A stretch of DNA of 22,957 bases from an uncultured archaeon (lineage in GTDB: Archaea > Asgardarchaeota > Thorarchaeia > Thorarchaeales > CAZPUN01). Under the pieces are notes generated by a model. The model searched no databases. It saw nothing but the letters and a program-made list of their open reading frames with translations, and had not been told where the DNA came from. The number at the start of each line of letters is the position of its first letter. Position 1 is the stretch's first letter. The DNA lies in contig CAZPUN010000038.1 in assembly GCA_964589775.1 (NCBI GenBank), positions 1 through 22,957 on the forward strand, written 5' to 3'. Shown here one piece after another: positions 10,401 to 17,267 of the stretch. The translations under genes were made by a program, and so were the position numbers.

Positions 10401-13399
10401 CAGTCAGCGTAGTATAGCTTAGTACCATTATAGTCTACAGGATATGAATACTCTGGCCAAGTTATGTAATATATAGTTCCGTTGGCAACAAAGTAGTGTC
10501 CATAATTCTGATCTTCTTCGATATAGTAGCGATAATTGGCAGGAGTGATTACATAGTATTTCTCAACGATTGCATCCCATCGGAATGCACGAAATTCCAT
10601 ATAGTATGAACCGTTTACAATTGATACGTATCTCATAAATTCATTAGTATCGACATTGATGTAGTCAACAATTGTGTAGTTGTATCCTTCAATTTCGTAA
10701 TAATCAAATGAGACAACAGTTCCATTAAGTAATATCCAAGTGTTGCCTCTGTTGAATTTTTCAGCAGTATAACGGTTCCAGATATATATTCCATTAAGGG
10801 CAAGGAATGATTTTCCGTTAGTAAAGTTAACTTGATAAATTGGTCCAAGTCTTCTTTCATATACGTAGTACTTTTCGCCATTTTCACCAAGGTAATATCT
10901 ATCCCACATGCCAGTTGTTGAATTATATTCCTCATATAGTAATCTCTTTGTAGTATAACCACTAGACTCAATTGAATAGTATGACTTGATAGGAACTTTT
11001 GTATTTCCAATGACAATATATGGTGTTGTCATTGCTAAATATTGTGTTTGATTATAACCATAGAACAGACCTACGCGTGGAGTGCCAAAGTATGCAGCGG
11101 TAGCATTGCTTGTCCATACAGGAGATCTGTGCCAAGCAGTTACTACATGCTCGCCCCAACCTTGAGAGTAGTCGATCTGCCAGGTATTATTTAGATAGAA
11201 AACATTCCACATATATGAAGTCTGGGGTGCTAATGAATTAACTGTAAGATTCATAAATACGTCCAGTGTTGGTGAATCTAAGAAGTATGCTTCATTAATA
11301 GTGAAAATCGACACATTTACTTTAGTTTGAGCACTGATCATTTCAAAGTTTGCATTTTGAATCCATTTATGTAGCGATTGATCATATGAGTAAAATGTCC
11401 AATACCAACCAGTAACTTTCACATTTTCCCACTCAGTATAATTACCATAAACCCATACGTAATCACCCAGTGTTGCGTTCCATTCATAGTGCCAGTCGGT
11501 CTTATTTACTTCGACCCATTCCCAGTGTTCACCATAAGTTAAATTATATTTCTGGGTGTAGTTGAATGCGAGGATTTCAGTTGTATTATCCTTTAGTATA
11601 TGAATTATGTAATTCAATGTTGTGTATATGGATTCATTATTACCGTATTTTGAAGTCCATGCACGAATGTCGAAGGCTGCGCCATCTACATCATCTGCAA
11701 TGTCTGAAGCACCTTGTACATAAGACTGCACGATGAATGGAACACCCGGATCAATATGGGCAAACCATGTTCCAGTTGAGCTGCCATCATTCTTAGTGAT
11801 TTTTGCAACTGTAACCGGTGTTTCAACAGCAATTTGTCGTGCTTGCTCAAAATCCTCTCTAGTCTGAATTGCTTCAACCTTTGCGTTTGCACCATCATCC
11901 ATAACGTAAGCAGCAGGTTGAAATTCATACATATCTTCGTCATAGACTCGTGGATAAAATGTGTATATTTGACCACGTGGAGTTTCATTGGTAAAGTAAC
12001 CAGTAAATGTAACACTCCAACCAAGAGTTGTGTTAACAACCGAAGTGCTTGTCAAATTGAACAAGATAAGGTCATCTGAAGTTACAGGTGTAATATTAAA
12101 GTGCATACCAGATTTTCCAGTTATAGGATCAACGCCCCAATATGTATATCCAATGTATGAACCGAAAGTTCCTGACGAATAATTATACAGATAGAAATAT
12201 TTCAAGTACGCACTATCATTGTATGGAACAATTTCGCCAGTAGTATAGTTGCGATAATAATTCGTATATGTTACATAATTGTTCAGGAACACATCACGAT
12301 ATTCAATGTGTGGCCCATATACCTCTTCAGTATAGGTAATATTTGCATTTTCATCATATACATAGCAATCCAGTGTTTCATTGTATATCCAACCGCCAGT
12401 TTCATGGATGACTTTTCTGTACCACCCGTATACAGTAACTGGAACTTTCAATGAATATGGCATGTCTAGAGTTAGCATGACATATGACAAAGTCATTGCA
12501 GAAATGTTTAATCTAAATGTGAATTCCTGACCACGTGTCGCAGAATAGATTGGATCGCCATTGACATCATATTTCTCAAGGGTGTACATTCCCGAATATA
12601 GTTCGCGCATTGCTTGGCTCTTAGAAATACCAATTGGAAGCATCTTATGGGGCGCGGAATCATAATAGCCATTACCCTGAAAGTCTGAAATCATAAGTGA
12701 TGAAGAATAAGTTAATGGTATGGTATCATTAGTAAAGTATCCAACTATTTTTATTCGGATCATATCAACATCAACGTTTACTGAACAGCTTGGTTGGTTG
12801 ATTTCAAAGAAAGCGTTATTGGTTTGCGATATAAGAGTCTTATCAGGGACATCTGCAAACATACTGCCAGAAGACATATCCGATGACGTCATGTTATATT
12901 CATTTATACTAGAATATGAATACCATGGCTCATAAGATTCGTTTCTGTAACCGATTGTGAAGAAAATATCGGTTTGTGTCTGATTTTCAGGAATATAAAT
13001 ATGTGCGTAAGCTTCGATAGCAGTTTGATAAAGAGACTTGCCACCTAATAGCTGACGTGGTATCGTGATATTCAAAACAATTGTTTGTTCAATTGGAATC
13101 GTTTCTAGATCACCTATCTCTGTTCCATTCGAGAAATAGATGCGATAATCCGCTTTGGGACCGAACACCCAATTACGATTTGTCCAGTTCCATGAGCCAG
13201 ATTCATTTTGATTCTGCTGGTCCCAGAACACATTCAGGTCACCCGGAGAATTGTTTGTTTGTGAGACTACAAAATTGTTCTCACGGGTGATTGCTGGAAC
13301 TGTTGATTCTGGTAAGGGACCTGCAGAGGCACCTATCATCGATATGAGGAACAGAGAGATAGATAATATAGCCATTATTTCCTTACTATATTTGATCAT
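7412..13399 (-). CDS. Giant (1995 aa) secreted, C-terminally membrane-anchored surface glycoprotein (S-layer/adhesin-like), function unknown
   Basis: N-terminal signal peptide (MIKYSK, hydrophobic core, ASA). Very many N-x-S/T sequons in a Tyr/Asn/Trp/Thr-rich beta-type sequence. C-terminus has an Ig-like domain, a poly-Ser linker, a TM helix and a KKRR tail. SD GAGGTG at 13411-13416. Confidence 0.9.
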   Translation of the reverse strand: MIKYSKEIMAILSISLFLISMIGASAGPLPESTVPAITRENNFVVSQTNNSPGDLNVFWDQQNQNESGSWNWTNRNWVFGPKADYRIYFSNGTEIGDLETIPIEQTIVLNITIPRQLLGGKSLYQTAIEAYAHIYIPENQTQTDIFFTIGYRNESYEPWYSYSSINEYNMTSSDMSSGSMFADVPDKTLISQTNNAFFEINQPSCSVNVDVDMIRIKIVGYFTNDTIPLTYSSSLMISDFQGNGYYDSAPHKMLPIGISKSQAMRELYSGMYTLEKYDVNGDPIYSATRGQEFTFRLNISAMTLSYVMLTLDMPYSLKVPVTVYGWYRKVIHETGGWIYNETLDCYVYDENANITYTEEVYGPHIEYRDVFLNNYVTYTNYYRNYTTGEIVPYNDSAYLKYFYLYNYSSGTFGSYIGYTYWGVDPITGKSGMHFNITPVTSDDLILFNLTSTSVVNTTLGWSVTFTGYFTNETPRGQIYTFYPRVYDEDMYEFQPAAYVMDDGANAKVEAIQTREDFEQARQIAVETPVTVAKITKNDGSSTGTWFAHIDPGVPFIVQSYVQGASDIADDVDGAAFDIRAWTSKYGNNESIYTTLNYIIHILKDNTTEILAFNYTQKYNLTYGEHWEWVEVNKTDWHYEWNATLGDYVWVYGNYTEWENVKVTGWYWTFYSYDQSLHKWIQNANFEMISAQTKVNVSIFTINEAYFLDSPTLDVFMNLTVNSLAPQTSYMWNVFYLNNTWQIDYSQGWGEHVVTAWHRSPVWTSNATAAYFGTPRVGLFYGYNQTQYLAMTTPYIVIGNTKVPIKSYYSIESSGYTTKRLLYEEYNSTTGMWDRYYLGENGEKYYVYERRLGPIYQVNFTNGKSFLALNGIYIWNRYTAEKFNRGNTWILLNGTVVSFDYYEIEGYNYTIVDYINVDTNEFMRYVSIVNGSYYMEFRAFRWDAIVEKYYVITPANYRYYIEEDQNYGHYFVANGTIYYITWPEYSYPVDYNGTKLYYADWQLVNYYYTNVNGTEYQMPEPGTKALYWDDLDRTIYNNGAVPASQSIKINGVIYPIINANGSYYIQIDNSTVELTYLGWLRYFENCNHTIFTMYNGLLVNFGISGPEEHDDGIGVTALYGKLSIMNNDIPNSPLPVDVRGYLDITKDTNLTTYHGWSYDYDNGSQYITLYNGTRYTIYYGSSVAVYKVKILGHVYYGYTDTLNYNDTTNKYEYRLINGTKLILDDWAFVVLLTVELYPIFNVTMSYINGTYNRYYYVINGTPYIIVDDFEGDLSIGQLIAPEMRIYNYEFINSTSAYDRWVIAKPMYDSYTYLQIYGLSAANYTELLIPRYDFVYSQIKIYGWAYVYGPKPLGFRTIKSQSELIIGNPQYDMWGFRAWKTTETGALDLDGDVKTTNDQYYILQEYTSSDEWKYNTSSLFVDIWWNPNGTVSGDEVHVRSFMGLATQAWRFSWEYRFYWYHASDFTPVNATEMAQINSTILSSSGEPNPGYWTLGWYVRNMTWADIVQKAQERGWDWISNDWQTWSWIWFGFDEAYGTSSVTNTTYTYTAIKMRYEFAGLFIYNDTNNNGIIDIDPCNLTNSEVTHYFIPDGVDGVSFVLPGEAYGNYNLTGHLTLNVNDSLTFGITYYNVSGTFFPFGYGYWDWYSGMVESDMLTFDERPTDAVIDELTFLVHFNGYITQSVNNKFELKVDQHIGNFDVDILGGRAVLVDRSLGIAYYAEAELSQTYQVFGTNGTEVDNNQNSVAPSLSFGSGNSVFAEMKLGGNTYDWAKNTTVPINVTSSVTPVSTFEATYESEGGNSVTSFTVSSNQYYVTIGFPKWDGFAVFQDPAYVGYSSGQGSGGTSNPSAPTISDIRISNPSPAANEEVTIYATVDDPDGVQWVKLEYSTDGGFTWTSVDMTPMDGNSYQGTIPGQPAGTEVKYRIHAADTLNNEQISPSFSYVVASGTSSSSSSSSSSSNTNTGTNIPNVPTDLLIGGALIGAAMILLIVIIAKKRR

Positions 13400-13410
13400 T
13401 TTTTATTATC

Positions 13411-13416
13411 CACCTC
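13411..13416 (-). promoter_or_regulatory. Shine-Dalgarno GAGGTG of the giant surface-protein gene
   Basis: CACCTC on +, 11 nt upstream of ATG13399. Confidence 0.7.
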
Positions 13417-13458
13417 TCTTATTAAAGGTTTAAGATGAAGAACCAACATACTGACGTA

Positions 13459-13632
13459 CCGCTTTGAAATGCGGAAGTTATGCGTATAAGCTATTCAAGA
13501 TAGCCCATTCGCGTAGGTACTCACTATATCCAAGTGAGCACACGATACGCACAGTTTATTTTTTGAACGATCCACCACCAGTTGAAAAGTGATGGATTTC
13601 GCGCATTTCTGTAATTATCGATTACAGTTGAA
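13459..13632 (-). ncRNA. Candidate structured cis-regulatory RNA / long 5' leader, family not recognised
   Basis: Six or more helices in ~170 nt, three G-U pairs valid only on the - strand, 42% GC (13451-13640) versus 19% in the adjacent 13661-13800 (hand count), and no long ORF. Confidence 0.65.
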
Positions 13633-13661
13633 GGTCCACATCTAGAAAATAATTAGTACGT

Positions 13662-13684
13662 ATACAAATAAAAAACTTTTCATG
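13662..13684 (-). promoter_or_regulatory. Putative BRE/TATA-like promoter for the leader plus giant gene
   Basis: The - strand reads CATGAAAAGTTTTTTATTTGTAT. This would place the TSS near 13640-13645, just before the first hairpin. Confidence 0.45.
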
Positions 13685-13870
13685 TCAAATACATAAAATG
13701 AATTAATTTTTTTACAATATTCAGCTTATTTTATTAAGAAATTCGTAATAACTAGATTGTAAAAAATCAACAAAATCGCAAGTAAAATTGGGATAATAAC
13801 AATATGAATATGAGGTAATTAGAAAAAGTATCATTTATGAAATATCTAAAGATATGTGATACAATTTTTT

Positions 13871-13894
13871 ACAAAAAAAGAAAAAAGGAAAAAA
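13871..13894 (-). terminator. U-tract terminator of the SpoIIM-domain gene
   Basis: The - strand reads TTTTTTCCTTTTTTCTTTTTTTGT just after the stop at 13896. Confidence 0.65.
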
Positions 13895-13895
13895 T

Positions 13896-16346
13896 CTACC
13901 AATGATAGCCATAAAATCCAAAGAATCTAAGAAGATTCGGACGCAAATAGGCTTCGATCATAGCAGAAATTATGAATAAGACAATTACGAGAAAATAGCT
14001 TCTCCATACTGCAGGATCTTGAGTTTCTTCTTTCGTTCGATTTATGAATGCAATATAGTCTCCACTATCAACATATTCGTTGAGTTCATCCGCAAGCTTT
14101 TTGCCAGCCGCTGCAGCAAAGAAGAATGCGGGTAATTCAATGATACCATGCGGTACGATATATAGAATCGACTGGAATAGTTCACCCGCCAATGAATGGA
14201 TAATGAATTTGCCCGTTATCCAGAACATAGTTGACATAACTTCGATTGCAGGTAGCGCCCAAAGAGAATATTTGACAAATTGGATTAGAAAATCTTTCTT
14301 TTTCACAAGGGAATCATAAGCGGCGGGTAACAATGGGACTACAAATAATGAAAGATATGTAAATTGATCATCATATGCGAAATATTCAACGATCAAAACT
14401 ATGATGGTGCTTATTAGCCATAATAGGTTTCTTTTGAAATTGGGCATTTCTTCATGTTTCTTGGTATAGATAACATAAAGCTGAAAGATCGTAGCCCAGA
14501 CGACAGGACCAATGAAAATCATTAGCAATGACCTTATGCTGTTATGCTCAAATATGATGACAAACGGTGAGAATGTAAGGAGAGCCTCTAGGCCTTCAGG
14601 CATTGCTATTTCATACAGGATCCAATTAACCAAAGTGTTTGTTTCTGCCAAGGATATGAAACACATGGGGATTATGAATGCCGCAGTTAGAATGATTGCA
14701 AGAAATGCCACTTTTACTATTGTGTAAACTTCATTTCGGGTAATATTCAGAAATGCAGATTCGAGTTTTCCAGTTTGAATTGCCCATTGTTTTCGGTAGT
14801 ACAGATAATACATAAGGAATAATGCGGTAAATGTCCATATGCTGCCATCTACGATTATTGTCATAAGCATTTTTGGAACAAGATATTCAGGACCTTGTGG
14901 AGCCAAATTTATTGTTAATCTGATATACTGAAATGTCGTGCCCATATAATCCATTAGAGACCAATATGATGTGAGGAAGAAGTCAATTTCAGGTATCAAT
15001 ATCATAAGTCCTGCCATTGTAGAAAGCCCTGTCAAGAGAGCTAATAGTTCTTTTCGTACTTTAAAAATATCCGACATTTTGTATCCAATGATACCCAAGA
15101 GTAATTTCAATGCCAACAGAATAAATACAACTGAAACAACCCAGATAAACTGAGGAAGATGCGACATGAAAAAGTCAGAAGTATTGAGTGATGTTACCAG
15201 ATTGCTCATAAACGTACTGTCTGGAATTAATATGTGAGCACTGGTTAATGTTAATGTAACGGCAGATATAGTTACGAAAGCTATCATAAATGTAATTGCA
15301 CCTGCAACAAATGAAGTGACTAATGTTTTTATTGCACTTGCAGAAACTGCGCCCTTTGAATAAGTTTTAACGTTCATTGCGAATTTCAATAGTTTCTCAA
15401 AGAATTTCTTCGCATATGGCTCAACCAAGGGTAGCAGAATAATTGCAAATAGAATAGGTCTAATAAAGTCCAACAAGGCAAAGAAAAGGCTTATTAGATA
15501 TCCGATACCTGCGCTTCCACTAACGATAGGAATAATGACAGCAGAAAGTATGGTAATAAATATGTTGAATTTAAAGAATATTCCGGTAGTACCTTGCATC
15601 ATTTCCTCGCCAATATTTCTGGTTCCCACTCGAACATTGGCACCCTTAGCAAGCCTGTTCGCAGCAGGATAACCAAAACGGTAAATAAATATCGCAAAGA
15701 TCAATGCATTTAACACATAGATATTAGTACCGGAAGTTAGCAAGTTATAGCCAAAAATTGTAGTCGGTAGCAATGTTGCAAGACCGATAATTAGATAATC
15801 TTTCCATGATTCATTAAAAGTTTGTTCGATAACCTGCGGATCGTAAGGAGATTCAGTTCCAGTATCAACTGAAAGATTATGGAACCTATCCCGCACCTTC
15901 GGGAATTCAAGTTTTTCCAAAGGTCGCCTCCGAATTCTATTTAGAATGTTCTTTCCAAAGGTTTGCAGAGGCATGATGAGTGTAATTCTTAAGAAAATCA
16001 GTAACACGCCGAACACCGCAGAAAAGAATGAAATCATGACCCAATACCAAAATTCTTGAAATGCTGAATTAAACTGGTACATGAAATTAATTATAAAAAG
16101 CCACCATAATGTAGAGATATTGTTTCCAGAATCTGAATAATCAGGCGTTCCATTTATACCACGAAACATGAGATTGGGTGATATGAAATAAAGGAGATCC
16201 TTGAGTATGACATTTATTAGCATAATCAATAGAAATGCTTCAATATATCTGTTTCTTTGCTTTCTAAATAATATAACATACAGAACTGCAATTGAAATGA
16301 ATGGGAGGAGGTCCCACAACAATGTTATTTCTAACAAGTAATTCAC
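13896..16346 (-). CDS. Large polytopic membrane protein with a C-terminal SpoIIM (DUF95)-like domain
   Basis: Roughly 18-20 hydrophobic segments. C-terminal motifs IIFEHN, IVPHGIIELPAFFFAAAAG and ISAMIEAYL match the SpoIIM/DUF95 pattern. GTG16346 lies within the SD GAGGTG, so the in-frame TTG16337 may be the real start. Confidence 0.8.
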   Translation of the reverse strand: MNYLLEITLLWDLLPFISIAVLYVILFRKQRNRYIEAFLLIMLINVILKDLLYFISPNLMFRGINGTPDYSDSGNNISTLWWLFIINFMYQFNSAFQEFWYWVMISFFSAVFGVLLIFLRITLIMPLQTFGKNILNRIRRRPLEKLEFPKVRDRFHNLSVDTGTESPYDPQVIEQTFNESWKDYLIIGLATLLPTTIFGYNLLTSGTNIYVLNALIFAIFIYRFGYPAANRLAKGANVRVGTRNIGEEMMQGTTGIFFKFNIFITILSAVIIPIVSGSAGIGYLISLFFALLDFIRPILFAIILLPLVEPYAKKFFEKLLKFAMNVKTYSKGAVSASAIKTLVTSFVAGAITFMIAFVTISAVTLTLTSAHILIPDSTFMSNLVTSLNTSDFFMSHLPQFIWVVSVVFILLALKLLLGIIGYKMSDIFKVRKELLALLTGLSTMAGLMILIPEIDFFLTSYWSLMDYMGTTFQYIRLTINLAPQGPEYLVPKMLMTIIVDGSIWTFTALFLMYYLYYRKQWAIQTGKLESAFLNITRNEVYTIVKVAFLAIILTAAFIIPMCFISLAETNTLVNWILYEIAMPEGLEALLTFSPFVIIFEHNSIRSLLMIFIGPVVWATIFQLYVIYTKKHEEMPNFKRNLLWLISTIIVLIVEYFAYDDQFTYLSLFVVPLLPAAYDSLVKKKDFLIQFVKYSLWALPAIEVMSTMFWITGKFIIHSLAGELFQSILYIVPHGIIELPAFFFAAAAGKKLADELNEYVDSGDYIAFINRTKEETQDPAVWRSYFLVIVLFIISAMIEAYLRPNLLRFFGFYGYHW

Positions 16347-16469
16347 CTCTCAAACTCGATATTATGCATATATATTTAGAAGAACCACTAAATAAAAGTT
16401 GGGGATTTTTTCTGAAACAATAAGTATCTTTTTTAACGGGATTATCTTTAGTTTAAGTATATAATACAA
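16347..16469. promoter_or_regulatory. Divergent promoter region
   Basis: 123-bp AT-rich gap between divergent genes, with TATA-like tracts on both strands (CTTTTATTTAG on - near 16388-16398; CTTTTTTAAC and TTTAAGTATATAA on +). Confidence 0.45.
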
Positions 16470-17252
16470 ATGGAGGAAGTCTTATTGCTGCAATTAAAAA
16501 ATCCAGAGATTGTCGCAAAGACAATTGAAGATTGGATTGAAAACTATTTTGATACTTATTCATTGAAAATTGGAATTATTGGTTTATCTGGCGGAATTGA
16601 TTCAGCACTCGTTGCAACATTAGCAAGTAAAGCTTTAGGTCCTGAAAGAGTTAAAGCTGTTCTAATGCCATATACACTAGAATGGCGGCCACAAGATGTA
16701 GAAGATGCAGAACTAATTGCTAAACATTTAGGATTAGAATGGGAAACATTTGAAATTAAAAACTTTGCAGACCCATTTGAAGTACTAGGACTAAACGAAG
16801 TCGAACGTGGAAATGTTATTGCAAGATGCCGAATGATTACTCTATATGCTCTTGCAAATAAATATGGTGGTGCAGTTCTCGGGACTGGAAATAAGTCAGA
16901 ACTAATGATTGGCTATTTTACAAAATACGGAGATGGAGGAACTGACCTGCTACCAATTGGAGATCTATATAAGACGGAAGTATTTCAACTTGCAAAATTC
17001 TTGAAAGTACCTGAAAAAATAATTAAACGAAAGCCCACTGCAGGACTATGGAAAGGACAAACGGATGAAGATGAAATCGGCATGAGTTATGAGGTCCTTG
17101 ATGAAATACTATATAATCATATAGAATTGAAGAAAAGCAAAGATGATTTAGTTAAGATGGGCTTCTCTGTAGAACACGTAGAAAAAGTTTTGCACTTGAT
17201 AAAAATAAGCGAACATAAACGAAGAACTCCACCAATTCCAAAAATACATTAA
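16470..17252 (+). CDS. nadE: NH3-dependent NAD+ synthetase
   Basis: Motifs GLSGGIDS, GNVIARCRM, GTGNKSE, GYFTKYGDG, DLYKTEV, PTAGLW-QTDE and SEHKR. No glutaminase domain. Possible alternative start TTG16485 after GGAGG. Confidence 0.96.
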   Translation: MEEVLLLQLKNPEIVAKTIEDWIENYFDTYSLKIGIIGLSGGIDSALVATLASKALGPERVKAVLMPYTLEWRPQDVEDAELIAKHLGLEWETFEIKNFADPFEVLGLNEVERGNVIARCRMITLYALANKYGGAVLGTGNKSELMIGYFTKYGDGGTDLLPIGDLYKTEVFQLAKFLKVPEKIIKRKPTAGLWKGQTDEDEIGMSYEVLDEILYNHIELKKSKDDLVKMGFSVEHVEKVLHLIKISEHKRRTPPIPKIH

Positions 17253-17267
17253 AATAGGTGAATAATA

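Noticed and set aside
13481-13551. tRNA-like appearance: 71 nt, 7-bp closing stem, D-arm-like GCTA..TAGC
   Set aside because: There is no anticodon stem or GTTC T-arm in canonical positions on either strand. It is a three-way junction, kept as part of the leader RNA.
13464-13632. TTGAA(A) copies resembling CRISPR repeat ends
   Set aside because: Only 5-8 nt are shared, the spacing is irregular, and no cas genes are present.
13560-13641. Tiny uORFs in the leader (MWTFNCNR; MREIHHFSTGGGSFKK)
   Set aside because: They have no SD or regulatory codon runs, and their lengths are expected by chance.
13440-13660. Known RNAs (SRP, RNase P, c-di-AMP or other riboswitch, SECIS)
   Set aside because: Diagnostic conserved sequences were not found by eye. 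GAAGGTCC at 13630 is only a short resemblance to RNase P and is followed by AT-rich DNA.
13454-13661. ACGTAC/GTACGT 6-bp pairing that would close the whole element
   Set aside because: The distal half lies upstream of the inferred TSS, and 6 bp can arise by chance.
7350-16469. Central block as a mobile element or genomic island
   Set aside because: No integrase, transposase, att repeat or flanking tRNA was seen, and its expression signals match those of neighbouring genes.
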